The position numbers and the translations under genes are program-made. Shown piece by piece: positions 1 through 10,443 of a DNA stretch of 64,000 nt (position 1 is the first letter of the stretch; the number at the start of each line of letters is the position of its first letter). The notes beneath the pieces are model-generated. The model did not search any database, was not told the origin of the DNA, and was given only the letters and a program-made list of their open reading frames with translations. Source of the stretch: Verrucomicrobiaceae bacterium (lineage in GTDB: Bacteria; Verrucomicrobiota; Verrucomicrobiia; Verrucomicrobiales; Akkermansiaceae). The stretch spans positions 320,001 to 384,000 of the forward strand of contig JBPOGH010000001.1 in the NCBI GenBank assembly GCA_051252135.1. Reading direction: 5' to 3'.

Positions 1-1392
1 ACGCGCGGCCTGTTTTGCAAGGGCTGCCCGCGTTTCCATCCCTTCCAACTGTTCACTGATCCGTTCATCAAGGTAGGCGAGACGCCCCTGTCTGTTCTCC
101 AGAGCCGGCAGACCGGCAACCCCCGACTCAAGAATCCAATCGAACAATTTGTCGTTCGTCATCTGAGCGGATCTCAATTCGTCTTCCGCCTTTTTTTGCT
201 CTTGATCGAGCGCGGCTTGAAGGCGACTTGCCTTGGAAAGGCTCATCTTTTCGGATGCCTGGGCCTCATCCAGAGAGGACTCAAGCCCGGCAATCGTCTC
301 TTCGGAAACGGCGCGATAATCGCCAAAATCATTCGCCGCCGCCGTTGCCTCATTGGTTCGCTGATACTGTGTCCACCCCCACCCTGCAGCGAGCCCCAGA
401 ATAATCAGACCCAGAATCTTGGTGATCCCGTTCGCCACAGCACGGCGACGTTCGGCAACCTTCCGCTTCTTGGTCAGATCCTGCTGGATGGCCTCAGCCT
501 CCAGCTCCGCGTCAATCTTCTCAAACCGGCGCGCCACCCCCCGCATATCCACCGGCCGGCCCTGAGGGTCGAGCATCAGGCAGAATTCGATCATCTCCCT
601 CCGCCTCGCTTCACGTTCATCTACCGGATCGGCTGGCCAGGGAAGGCGCGGGTCCTCGGCCAAACCGGCGGCAATCCCCTCGTAGGAAGCTTCGATCCCA
701 TGACGGGAATCCGCTCCTGCAGCAGGACAGACACTCTCAAAAATCCCCTGACAACGCGGAAACTGCCCGGTGAGCAACCGAAATGCCAGGACGCCAAAGG
801 CATAAACATCCCACCCATAACCTTCTTCATTGAGGTAACCCTCGGGGTTGTTCAACTGCTCCGGTGGAGCGTAGAGCAAAGCATCACTAAAGGCCAAATG
901 ATGAACACCGGGCATCAACCCACTCGCGTAATCGGCAAGAAGGGGCCGATCACCATCAAGAAAGATATTGCCTGGCTTCAGATTTCCGTGGGCCACCCTC
1001 ACCCCATGCAAGGTCGCAAGACGGTTCGCCAGGGCTTCAACCAACGGCCACGCCTTTTCCGTGCCCATATACTCCGCCAGCCGGGTCTGTAGCGTATTGG
1101 GGACAAATCGGCGTCCTCCGTCCTCATGGATTTCCGCCAACAGGGGCATCACCACACACGCGGGCCTCACATCAAGAGCCTCGGCGATGATCGGGACGGT
1201 CACATTCTGGGCACCACCATCCATCACCCGCTCCATTCGGCTGCGGATCAGGGCAGGATTCGAAGCCATACTTTCGAAAACCTTGATCGCAACCCGGGTT
1301 CCATCATCCCTCTTCGCCTCATAAACCGAGCCAGCCGAACCGGACCCAATCAATTCCTCGATGGTGTGGCCTTTGATGCTAGGGGGAGTCAT
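1..1392 (-). CDS. Hanks-type Ser/Thr kinase-like membrane protein, probable pseudokinase; runs off the window start
   Basis: Own translation from ATG at 1392: MTPPSIKGHTIEELIGSGSAGSVYEA...VAIKVF...HGNLKPGNIF...LADYA...YAPPE...WDVYAFG, then a TM helix (ILGLIILGLAAGWGW) and a coiled coil. Absent from the ORF track because it has no stop in the window. Confidence 0.85.
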   Translation of the reverse strand, partial: MTPPSIKGHTIEELIGSGSAGSVYEAKRDDGTRVAIKVFESMASNPALIRSRMERVMDGGAQNVTVPIIAEALDVRPACVVMPLLAEIHEDGGRRFVPNTLQTRLAEYMGTEKAWPLVEALANRLATLHGVRVAHGNLKPGNIFLDGDRPLLADYASGLMPGVHHLAFSDALLYAPPEQLNNPEGYLNEEGYGWDVYAFGVLAFRLLTGQFPRCQGIFESVCPAAGADSRHGIEASYEGIAAGLAEDPRLPWPADPVDEREARRREMIEFCLMLDPQGRPVDMRGVARRFEKIDAELEAEAIQQDLTKKRKVAERRRAVANGITKILGLIILGLAAGWGWTQYQRTNEATAAANDFGDYRAVSEETIAGLESSLDEAQASEKMSLSKASRLQAALDQEQKKAEDELRSAQMTNDKLFDWILESGVAGLPALENRQGRLAYLDERISEQLEGMETRAALAKQAAR

Positions 1393-1528
1393 CGAATTCT
1401 TAAATGGGATGGTCTCATGAATCCCCCGCCAAGTGACGAGCTGGCCGATTGCCAAGGGACTCAAAGTTTTTCTGCTGAATTGATTAAAATCTCCAAGCAC
1501 CCACGTAGACAACCCTTAACTGTCCCGA

Positions 1529-2863
1529 ATGATGAAAGACCCCTGCCCCGGAAACCCACTTGCCAGCGATTTCTCCCGTCGCGGCTTCCTCCACGTCGGC
1601 ATGCTCGGCGGACTCGGACTCACCCTCCCCCAATTCCTCCGCATGGAGGCCCAGGGAGCACAAAAAGACTACGAAACCCGCGAAGGCGTTGCCAAATCGG
1701 TCATCCAAATCTTCCTTCCCGGCGGAATGGCTCATCAGGAGTCCTGGGACCCCAAGCCCTATGCGCCCAGCGAATACCGCGGCCCATTCGGCACCATCAG
1801 CACCACCATCAAAGGGGAGGCCTTCAGTGAAAACATGAAGCACCTCTCCAAGGTTGCCGACAAAATGACCATCATCCGGTCAATGGCCCATGGTGAGGCG
1901 GCCCATGAGCGGGGAACCCATAACATGTTCACCGGCTACCGACCCTCCCCCGCGGTCAACTACCCCTCCATGGGAGCCGTAGTAGCTCACGAGTTGGGTT
2001 CAAAAAACAATCTCCCCCCTTACGTTTGCATCCCGAACGTTCCTAACGAATTTGCCAACTCGGGTTACCTGTCATCGGCATTCGGACCCTTCGCTCTCGG
2101 CTCCGATCCCGCCCGCGGCGATTTCCAGGTCCGTGACCTCAACATGCCTCGCGGCGTCGATGACGATCGCTTCCATCGTCGCCGCAGTCTTCTCGAGACT
2201 GTGGATCACCATTTCAAATCCCTTGAGGAATCTGATGCGCTCGATTCCATGGATGCCTTCTACCAACACGCTTACAAGCTCATCTCCTCCCAAGCAGCCC
2301 GCGAAGCCTTCGACCTCAAGGCCGAAAAAGAAGAAATGCGGAAACGCTACGGCATGAACCAACCCGGCCAGCGGATGTTACTCGCCCGCCGCCTTGTCGA
2401 AGCCGGCGTCCGCTTCGTTTCCCTCACCGCAGGTGGTTGGGACCACCACGATGACATTAAAAATCAAATCAACCGCAACCTCCCCACCGTCGATCAAGCG
2501 ATTGCGGCCTTGATCAGTGATCTCGACGAACGCGGACTCCTCGACTCCACCCTTGTCATGGTGACCTCGGAATTCGGACGCACTCCAAAAATCAACCAGA
2601 CCGGAGGTCGCGATCACTGGCCGGGGGTGTTTTCGGTTGGCCTTGCGGGTGGCGGAACACATCGGGGTCTCGTCCACGGTTCTTCCGATGCCCTCGGCGG
2701 AGAGCCGGAAGAAGACCGCGTCGGGATCGAGGATCTCGCCACCACGGTATACAACCAGCTCGGCATCACCGGTGACAAAGAGCTCATGGCCCCCGGAGAG
2801 CGACCCATCGAGATTGTTGATGGCGGGCGCATCGTTGATGAAATCCTGGCCAAAAAAGCCTAG
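1529..2863 (+). CDS. DUF1501 domain protein with Tat signal
   Basis: SRRGFL twin-arginine signal; motifs IFLPGGMAHQESWDPKP, LARRLVEAGVRFV, GWDHH, SEFGRTP, GRDHW. Confidence 0.9.
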   Translation: MMKDPCPGNPLASDFSRRGFLHVGMLGGLGLTLPQFLRMEAQGAQKDYETREGVAKSVIQIFLPGGMAHQESWDPKPYAPSEYRGPFGTISTTIKGEAFSENMKHLSKVADKMTIIRSMAHGEAAHERGTHNMFTGYRPSPAVNYPSMGAVVAHELGSKNNLPPYVCIPNVPNEFANSGYLSSAFGPFALGSDPARGDFQVRDLNMPRGVDDDRFHRRRSLLETVDHHFKSLEESDALDSMDAFYQHAYKLISSQAAREAFDLKAEKEEMRKRYGMNQPGQRMLLARRLVEAGVRFVSLTAGGWDHHDDIKNQINRNLPTVDQAIAALISDLDERGLLDSTLVMVTSEFGRTPKINQTGGRDHWPGVFSVGLAGGGTHRGLVHGSSDALGGEPEEDRVGIEDLATTVYNQLGITGDKELMAPGERPIEIVDGGRIVDEILAKKA

Positions 2864-2868
2864 CTCCC

Positions 2869-5319
2869 ATGAAAAACCTCCTCTCCTTGGTTTCAATTAG
2901 CCTGCTGCTCCTGACACTTCGTGCTGCCGCCTTCTCTCCCCATGTGGAAGTGGTGGTCCCTCGGGGAGGTCAGAAAGGAACCGAGGTGCCGGTCACATTC
3001 ATCGGAGATCGCCTCTACGAACCCGAGGAGATCCTCTTCTATCAAAAGGGCATCTCGGCAAAAGACCTGGCAAAAGGGAAAGACCACAAATCGGTAAATG
3101 CCACATTCGTCATCGCTCCTGATGCTCCCCTTGGGGAATACTCGTTCCGGCTAAGAACCAAAGGCGGCCTCAGCTACCTCCGCACCTTCTGGGTCGGCCA
3201 GTTTCCTGTAGTCGACGAAGCTCGAGACAGCGAGAACAAGCGCGACCTCAACGACACCTTCGAGGAACCGCAGAACATCCCCATGAACGTCACGGTTCAT
3301 GGCACCGCACTTCGTGAGGACGCCGACTTCTACCGCGTCGAGGCCAAGAAGGGCCAACGCCTTTCAGTCGAGGTCGAAGGCCTCCGGCTGGGCCGCATGC
3401 TCTTTGACCCCTACGTGGCCATCCTTGATAAAAACCGCTTCGAGATTGCCGCAAATGATGACTCCACTCTTCTCCGCAGGGATTGCGCCTCCTCCGTCCT
3501 CATCCCGGAGGACGGTCCCTATACCATCCTCGTCCGCGAATCCGCCTATGAGGGCGAGAACAAATGCCAGTATCGACTCCATGTCGGAGACTTCCCCCGT
3601 CCTGTTTCGGTCTTTCCTCCGGCTGGAAAACCCGGAGAGCAAATCGAGTTCACGTTCACCGGCGATGCCTCGGGCCCCATCAAGCAATCGGTCACCCTTC
3701 CCGGTGAAGATGTAAGCATCCATGCCGGAAGCGGTGTCGTTTCTCCCTCCGGACTCCCGATCAGAGTCTCTCCGTTACCCTATCTCAACGAGGCCGAGCC
3801 AAACGAAAGCCTCAAGACTTCGATTCCGCTCCAAAACCCTCCCGCCATCCCCATCGCGTTTCAAGGCACCCTGTCTCATGACAAGGACGTGGATTACTTC
3901 CGTTTCTCCGCCAAAAAGGGGCAAAACCTCCGTGCCCGGGTTCTCGCACGGAGTCAGCGCTCTCCCCTCGACTCCGTCATTTCGATCCGATCCCTGAAAG
4001 ACAACAAGGCCATCGCTGATAACGACGACGAAACACAGGGAACTCCCGACAGCCGGGTCGACTTCACCATCCCTGAGGACGGAGAATACGCCCTTCGCAT
4101 TCGCGACCAACTCGGACGCAGCGGACCGGATTTTGTCTATCGAATCGAAATCGCCCCTCGCGAACCCTCTCTAAGCGTGTCCCTCCGTCCCGCCGACCGG
4201 AATGACAGCCAGAAATACAAAATGATCGCAGTCCCTCGTGGCAACCGGCTCATCGTTGTGCCTGGAATCAATCGCTCCAATATCGGATGCGCCGTCGACC
4301 TCAGTCACACAGGACTCCCTGTCGGGGTCGAGATGATCGCCCCTCACGCGCCCCGAAACATCAATGATTTCCCAATTCTCTTCGAGGCGGCTCACGATGC
4401 ACCACTTGCCGGACAGCTCTGCCAATTCCCTGTAAAAGATCCCAAATCTGGACTCACCGGATACTTTACCGAACAGATTGATCACGTCGCCGTCAACAAT
4501 CTCGGCATCTTCCATTCCTTCAACACCGAAAGAATTGCCGTCGCCGTCATTGAGGAAGCCCCCTTCACCTTGGACCTCTTCATTCCTCCGGTCCCATTGG
4601 TTCCCAACGGCACCACCAATCTCAAGATCACCGCCACACGCAAAGAAGGCTTCGATGAAAAAATCCGCCTCACCTTCCCCTGGAAACCTCCCGGCGTAAA
4701 CGCCCCCAACTCGATCGATATTCCCAAAGGGCAGAATGAAGTCATCCTCACCCTTAATGCCAACGGAGACGCCCCAACCGGTGACTGGCAGGTTGGCGTT
4801 ACTGCCACCGCACCCGCCAAAAACGGGCGTGGGGAAATCAGACTCTCCACCCCTCTCAGACCCCTTAAGGTCGGTGAGCCCTACCTCGGGATGAGTCTTC
4901 AAATGGCTGCGACCCAACCCGGTCAAAACACCCAGGTGATTGCCAACATTGAAAACCTGAAGAGCTTCGACGGTGAAGCCGAAGTGCGCCTCCACGCCCT
5001 CCCCCACGGAACCTCATCCAAACCCGTAAAAATCAAATCGGACACCAAGGAAATCGCCATTCCCGTTGAGGTCACCGGAGAAGCAAAAAAGGGCAAGCAC
5101 GGGAACCTATTCTGTCAGGTCATCGTTATCGAAAACGGCCACCCAATCTCCCACAATCTGGGTCACGGAGGAACTCTCCGTATCGATCCCCCGCCTCCGG
5201 CACCTAAAAAGCCGGTCGAGAAACCGGCCCCCGCAGTGGCCAATGTGGAACCCAAAAAACCGGAGACCAAAAAGCCCCTCTCACGACTCGAACAACTCCG
5301 CCAAGCCAAGTCCAAGTGA
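2869..5319 (+). CDS. Exported PPC (pre-peptidase C-terminal) domain-repeat protein
   Basis: Signal peptide; two DxDxY/F(R)..AKKGQ PPC-like repeats with EAEPN and NDD motifs; Ig-like C-terminal region; Pro/Lys-rich tail. Confidence 0.8.
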   Translation: MKNLLSLVSISLLLLTLRAAAFSPHVEVVVPRGGQKGTEVPVTFIGDRLYEPEEILFYQKGISAKDLAKGKDHKSVNATFVIAPDAPLGEYSFRLRTKGGLSYLRTFWVGQFPVVDEARDSENKRDLNDTFEEPQNIPMNVTVHGTALREDADFYRVEAKKGQRLSVEVEGLRLGRMLFDPYVAILDKNRFEIAANDDSTLLRRDCASSVLIPEDGPYTILVRESAYEGENKCQYRLHVGDFPRPVSVFPPAGKPGEQIEFTFTGDASGPIKQSVTLPGEDVSIHAGSGVVSPSGLPIRVSPLPYLNEAEPNESLKTSIPLQNPPAIPIAFQGTLSHDKDVDYFRFSAKKGQNLRARVLARSQRSPLDSVISIRSLKDNKAIADNDDETQGTPDSRVDFTIPEDGEYALRIRDQLGRSGPDFVYRIEIAPREPSLSVSLRPADRNDSQKYKMIAVPRGNRLIVVPGINRSNIGCAVDLSHTGLPVGVEMIAPHAPRNINDFPILFEAAHDAPLAGQLCQFPVKDPKSGLTGYFTEQIDHVAVNNLGIFHSFNTERIAVAVIEEAPFTLDLFIPPVPLVPNGTTNLKITATRKEGFDEKIRLTFPWKPPGVNAPNSIDIPKGQNEVILTLNANGDAPTGDWQVGVTATAPAKNGRGEIRLSTPLRPLKVGEPYLGMSLQMAATQPGQNTQVIANIENLKSFDGEAEVRLHALPHGTSSKPVKIKSDTKEIAIPVEVTGEAKKGKHGNLFCQVIVIENGHPISHNLGHGGTLRIDPPPPAPKKPVEKPAPAVANVEPKKPETKKPLSRLEQLRQAKSK

Positions 5320-8105
5320 TGAAAACCCTCATCTCCCTTCTTACCATTTCCCAACTGGGCGCGGTCACCTTTGAAGAGGTTCAGCCGATCCTCGAAACCT
5401 CCTGTGTCGAATGCCACAATTCCGACAAGGCAAAGGGCGAGCTTCAGCTTCAATCCCGTGAAGGATTGATCACCGGGGGCGATCTCGGGACTTCCATCGA
5501 CTTTGACAAGCCCGATCAATCCGAACTCATTCGCCGGGTCATGCTCCCGCATGATGACGACGAATTCATGCCCCCTTCCTCGAAGAAAAAGGCTCGCCCC
5601 CCGTTATCCGCAAAGGAAGTCGAGACCCTCAAGGGGTGGATCGCCGCCAAGGCTCCATGGCCTGAAGGCGTCACCTTGGTTCCCCGTGAAAGGGGCCCCA
5701 TCCTGGAGGACTCCAGCGCGCCCGATCCCCATCTCGGATCCATCGCCGTCTATCCCTCATCGGTGATCCTGGAAACAAAGCGGGACTCCCATCGCCTCAT
5801 CGTTCTCGCAACTGACAAGGATGCCATCACCCGGGATGTCACAGCCTCGGCCAATTATGCTCTAAAGGACCCTTCGCTCGCAAAAATCGAAGGTTCCACC
5901 CTTCTCCCTCTCAAAGATGGCAACACCACCGTGGTCATCAACTTCCGGGGTAAAACCTCTGAAATCCCCCTTGCCATCAAATCCGCCGATGCCGATCGCC
6001 GGATCAGCTTCCAACAGGATGTCGTCCCGGTTCTCACCGCCGCAGGATGCAACACCGGCTCCTGCCATGGCTCCGCACGCGGAAGGGACGGTTTCATGCT
6101 CTCCTTGTTCGGATACGATCCCGATGGCGACCACTACCGCATCACACGCGAACAATCCGGACGAAGGATCAATCTCGCGGTTCCCGGAGAATCACTCCTC
6201 CTCACCAAGGCTGTCGGGTCCGTCCCCCATACCGGAGGCAAGCTCTTTGACGAGGATCATCCGTTCTACACCACTCTCCTGGAATGGGTCCGGAACGGGG
6301 CCCAGGCCGACCCAAAGGACATTGCTCTCCCCGTTAAAATAGATGTCGAACCCAAGCAGTTTCTCCTCGAAGGGCAGGACAAAAAAATCCCTCTTACCGT
6401 TAAGGCAACTTACTCCGACGGAACCGACCGGGATGTCTCGTCGCTCTCGAGTTACACCACTTCCAATGACTCCTCGATTGGCATCGATCCATCCTCCGGC
6501 CTCGCGATCTCCAAGAAGCGCGGTGAAGCCTTCCTCATGGCTCGATTCCACACCTTCACCGAAGGCTCGCAGGCAATTGTGATCCCCGATGGGCTCGAGT
6601 ATGAACGCCCAAAGCTCGCCGAATACAATTACATCGACTCTCACGTCCACGAAAAGCTCCACAAGCTTCGCGTCATTCCCTCCGGGCTTTGCAGCGATGA
6701 AGAATTCATCCGCCGGGTCACCCTCGATATCACCGGACTTCTTCCTACCGAGGAAGAACGGGAGAATTTCCTCAAGGATGCCAACCCGAAGAAACGGGAG
6801 GCGATCGTCGACCAACTGTTGGAACGCAAGGAGTTCACCGAAATCTGGGTCATGAAGTGGGCCGAACTCCTTCAGATTCGCTCAACCGGCGGAAACGCCA
6901 ATGACATCAGCTACAAGGCAGCCCTTCTTTGGTACGAGCAACTTCGTACGGCCATCGCTGAAAACCGCCCATTCAACAAAATCATCCGGGACATCCTCTC
7001 CTCCCGCGGCGGAACCTTTGCCAACCCCTCCACCAACTACTTCAAACTGGAAGCGGACGTCAAAAAGGTAACCGAAAACGTAGCCCAGGTCTTTATGGGC
7101 ACCCGCATTCAGTGCGCACAATGCCACAACCACCCGTTCGACCGATGGACCATGGACGACTACTACGGCTTCGCTTCCTTTTTCTCCCAAGTGAAACGCA
7201 AACGCGCCGAGGACCCCTCGGAGCAAATCATTTTCGATGGGGGTGGCGAAATCAAACACCCGATCACCAATCAAAATGCCAAACCCAAATTCCTGGGGGG
7301 CGACTACCACACCCAAACCGGTGTGACCCGCCGTGAAGCGGTTGCCGACTGGCTCACCGCTCCTGAAAACCCCTGGTTCGCTCCCAATGTGGCCAATATC
7401 ATGTGGTCTCACTTCTTCGGTATCGGAATTGTCGATCCGGTCGACGACATCCGCGTCTCAAACCCCGCCACCAACCCCCAGCTCCTGGAGGCGCTTGGTG
7501 AGAAATTCGTCGATTACAACTTCGACATGAAAAAACTCGTTCGCGACATCTGCACCTCCCGAACCTACCAGCTCTCCACTAAGGTCAACGAGACGAACAA
7601 GGACGACCACACCAACTTCTCCCATGCCCGCATCCGGCGCCTCCGCGCCGAGGTTCTCCTCGACACCCTCGCCCAGTCGACAGGCACTCCCAACAAGTTC
7701 AAGGGCTTGCCGATCGGCTCACGTGCTGTCCAAATTGCCGACGGAAACACCTCCACCTACTTTCTCACCACCTTCGGCCGCGCAACCCGTGCAACGGTTT
7801 GCTCCTGCGAGGTCAAGATGGAACCCAACCTCTCCCAGGCCCTCCACCTCCTCAATGGCGACTCCGTTCACAACCGCATCGAACGCGGGCGCATCGTCCC
7901 CGACCTATTGAAGGAAAAGAAATCACCCGAGGAAATCATCCGCTCACTCTACCGCCGAACCATCACCCGGGAACCCACTGACGTGGAGCTTTCCAAGCTC
8001 ATGACCGAGGTTGGAAAGGCCGGGGACGATAACGCCAAAAAGCTGATTCTGGAGGATATCTTTTGGGCTCTGCTCAACTCCAAGGAATACCTCTTCAACC
8101 ACTGA
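5319..8105 (+). CDS. Planctomycete cytochrome c + Ig-like + DUF1549/DUF1553 (PSD1) protein
   Basis: CVECH (~5403), CNTGSCH (~6048) and CAQCH (~7113); RRVTLDITGLLP; NPATNPQLL; C-terminal EYLFNH; TGATG overlap with the upstream gene. Confidence 0.88.
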   Translation: MKTLISLLTISQLGAVTFEEVQPILETSCVECHNSDKAKGELQLQSREGLITGGDLGTSIDFDKPDQSELIRRVMLPHDDDEFMPPSSKKKARPPLSAKEVETLKGWIAAKAPWPEGVTLVPRERGPILEDSSAPDPHLGSIAVYPSSVILETKRDSHRLIVLATDKDAITRDVTASANYALKDPSLAKIEGSTLLPLKDGNTTVVINFRGKTSEIPLAIKSADADRRISFQQDVVPVLTAAGCNTGSCHGSARGRDGFMLSLFGYDPDGDHYRITREQSGRRINLAVPGESLLLTKAVGSVPHTGGKLFDEDHPFYTTLLEWVRNGAQADPKDIALPVKIDVEPKQFLLEGQDKKIPLTVKATYSDGTDRDVSSLSSYTTSNDSSIGIDPSSGLAISKKRGEAFLMARFHTFTEGSQAIVIPDGLEYERPKLAEYNYIDSHVHEKLHKLRVIPSGLCSDEEFIRRVTLDITGLLPTEEERENFLKDANPKKREAIVDQLLERKEFTEIWVMKWAELLQIRSTGGNANDISYKAALLWYEQLRTAIAENRPFNKIIRDILSSRGGTFANPSTNYFKLEADVKKVTENVAQVFMGTRIQCAQCHNHPFDRWTMDDYYGFASFFSQVKRKRAEDPSEQIIFDGGGEIKHPITNQNAKPKFLGGDYHTQTGVTRREAVADWLTAPENPWFAPNVANIMWSHFFGIGIVDPVDDIRVSNPATNPQLLEALGEKFVDYNFDMKKLVRDICTSRTYQLSTKVNETNKDDHTNFSHARIRRLRAEVLLDTLAQSTGTPNKFKGLPIGSRAVQIADGNTSTYFLTTFGRATRATVCSCEVKMEPNLSQALHLLNGDSVHNRIERGRIVPDLLKEKKSPEEIIRSLYRRTITREPTDVELSKLMTEVGKAGDDNAKKLILEDIFWALLNSKEYLFNH

Positions 8106-8110
8106 TCTCC

Positions 8111-10399
8111 ATGCGCTTCTTCAGTGTCCTCCCGCTTGTCTTCGGCGTCCTTCCGGCTGCCGAAAAAATCACCTACGAAGATCACATCTTCCCGATTTTT
8201 GAATCGGCATGTCTCAACTGCCACAATCCCGATAAAAAAAAGGGGGGACTCGATCTTTCGACCTATCAGGGAGTGACGGCAGGCGGCTCGGGTGGAAAAA
8301 TCGCACTGGCCGGAGACGGCGGAAGCTCCAAGCTATTCACCGTCACCGTTCACACCGAGGAGCCCGTCATGCCGCCGGAGGGCGATAAGATCGAGAAGAA
8401 GAATGCCGACCTGATTCGCGCTTGGATCGATGGCGGACTTCTCGAGACGAAATCCTCCAAGGCCCGTAAGCCAAGCAAACCCGCAATCTCACTCACTGCC
8501 ACCGGGAACGCTCAAACCAAGCCGGAAGGTCCCCTGCCAATGCCCGCCGACCTTCTCCTCGAGCCGGTTCTCGTTCCCCGCAGGGATACAGTCGTTAACG
8601 ACATGGACGCCAGCCCTTGGGCACCTCTCCTCGCAGTCACCTCTCAGAAACAAGTTCTTCTCTACCACACGGACTCGCTTGAACTCGTCGGCATCCTCCC
8701 CTTTCCGAAGGGAAATCCGGAAACAGTCTCATTCCACCCTGGTGGAAAATACCTCATTGCCGGCGGAGGCATTGGCGGCAAGTCAGGATCCACCGTCACT
8801 TGGGATATCACCACAGGCCAAGTGATTATGACAATGGGCAAAGAGTTCGATTCCGTTCTCGCTGCCGATCTCCGTGCCGACCTCGGCGGCATAGCTCTCG
8901 GAGGCCCATCCCGATTTGTGAAGTTGTGGGATACCCAGGCAAACGAAGAGATAGCCAAGATCAAAAAGCACACCGACTGGCTCATTTCGCTCAAGTATTC
9001 CCCTGACGGAGTCCTCCTCGCCACCGGTGGCCGCGGAAATGGCGTTCAAGTCTGGGAGGCCGCTACCGGAAACGAATTTCATAGTCTTCGGGGACATCAG
9101 GGCGGAATCATCGATCTCAAATGGAGGGCCGACTCCAACCTGCTCGCCTCCGCGTCATCTGATGGCGACATTGTCTTCTGGGACATGAATTCCGGAAATC
9201 AGGTGAAGAAACAACGGGCTCACAACGGAGGAGTTCTGGCCATGGACTATGCTCGCGATGGCCAACTCGCAAGCTCTGGACGCGATAAAAGGGTGAAGAT
9301 ATGGAAACCGGATCTTGGACTAAAAAAGGAACTTCCCGCCTTCAAGGAAGACGTAACCGAGGTGGAATTCTCCCACGATTCCAAACGTATTTTCACCGCC
9401 GACTGGAACGGTGAAATCAAGGTGTGGGAAAATGACTCCTTTAAAGAAGTCGGAACCCTGGATGCCAACCCGCCCGCCATCGCCACGCGACTGGTCGAGT
9501 TGAAGGGCCAGACCTCCACCTTGGCCAAGTCCACCGCCGACCTCCGCGCCGATCTCTCCAAAAAGGAAAAAGCGATGGTTGATGCCGCCAACTGGGTCAC
9601 TTGGCTCGAAAAAAAGATTCCCGAACTCAACAATCAAAAGAAAGGCATGGAGCAGGAGATCGCAAAGCTAAACGACCTTTGGAATCGCCACAACACTGAG
9701 CAAGAATCGCTTCAAAAACATCTCCAGCAACAGAGTCAGGAGTTGCAACAAATCCGTGAGAGTCTGGGTGGACTCGAGGAACAGCGAGCTAAGGCTGCCG
9801 AGGAATTGGTGGCTGCAAAGAAGACCGATGATCCTTCCAAAATAGCTCAAATCGAAAAGGCTCTCGGTAATCTTGATGCCGACATCAAGAACTCGCGGGA
9901 CGACATGGACAAAAGGCAGGGAGTCTTCAACAAGACCCGCGATGATCACAAGGTCGCCCTGCAAAAACGGGAGACTGCTGGATCAGCCCGGCAGTCCAGG
10001 CAAGAGGAACTAAAGTCGATCCTGGGTGAGATTCCCCAGCGGGAAAAAGAACTCGATCCTGCACGCAAAGGAAAAGAATGGACGGCCAAGGTCGTTCAGG
10101 AAACCAAATCACAAATCATTGCCGCTGAAAAATCCGAGGCCAACCATCTCGCTTCAATCGCCCGCTGGCAGGCGGCACAGATCAACACCGAATTGATCGC
10201 CACCGAAGACCTCTTGACCGCAGCAGCCGCACAACTCGAAAACATGCGGTCGGATCTCCAACTCGCGGCAAAAGACGAAAAAATAGACGCCATCAGGGAG
10301 CTCAAAACCCGAATCGATACCGCTTCGTCAACCCACGCCGAACTGCTCTCCCGCAGAGACTCCCTCAAGACCCGCTACGAGGCCAGCAAGACAAAGTAA
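8111..10399 (+). CDS. Cytochrome c domain + WD40 repeat + coiled-coil protein
   Basis: Signal peptide from ATG 8111; CLNCH...MPP heme domain; several GH...WD/WE repeats; long heptad-rich C-terminus. Confidence 0.85.
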   Translation: MRFFSVLPLVFGVLPAAEKITYEDHIFPIFESACLNCHNPDKKKGGLDLSTYQGVTAGGSGGKIALAGDGGSSKLFTVTVHTEEPVMPPEGDKIEKKNADLIRAWIDGGLLETKSSKARKPSKPAISLTATGNAQTKPEGPLPMPADLLLEPVLVPRRDTVVNDMDASPWAPLLAVTSQKQVLLYHTDSLELVGILPFPKGNPETVSFHPGGKYLIAGGGIGGKSGSTVTWDITTGQVIMTMGKEFDSVLAADLRADLGGIALGGPSRFVKLWDTQANEEIAKIKKHTDWLISLKYSPDGVLLATGGRGNGVQVWEAATGNEFHSLRGHQGGIIDLKWRADSNLLASASSDGDIVFWDMNSGNQVKKQRAHNGGVLAMDYARDGQLASSGRDKRVKIWKPDLGLKKELPAFKEDVTEVEFSHDSKRIFTADWNGEIKVWENDSFKEVGTLDANPPAIATRLVELKGQTSTLAKSTADLRADLSKKEKAMVDAANWVTWLEKKIPELNNQKKGMEQEIAKLNDLWNRHNTEQESLQKHLQQQSQELQQIRESLGGLEEQRAKAAEELVAAKKTDDPSKIAQIEKALGNLDADIKNSRDDMDKRQGVFNKTRDDHKVALQKRETAGSARQSRQEELKSILGEIPQREKELDPARKGKEWTAKVVQETKSQIIAAEKSEANHLASIARWQAAQINTELIATEDLLTAAAAQLENMRSDLQLAAKDEKIDAIRELKTRIDTASSTHAELLSRRDSLKTRYEASKTK

Positions 10400-10407
10400 A
10401 TCCATGT

Positions 10408-10436
10408 TTGCCGCCTTGCTGTGACGCCGGTATTCT
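10408..10436 (+). promoter_or_regulatory. sigma70-type promoter, probably leaderless
   Basis: TTGCCG-N17-TATTCT-N7-ATG(10444). Confidence 0.55.
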
Positions 10437-10443
10437 CTTCCCG

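Noticed and set aside
196..1092. 298-aa + strand ORF (and 1126..1830)
   Set aside because: Antisense shadow of the minus-strand kinase-like gene; no recognisable motifs
8103..8105. TGA stop of the DUF1553 gene as another readthrough site
   Set aside because: Ends at the usual family terminus (FNH) and the next gene is in a different frame with its own signal peptide
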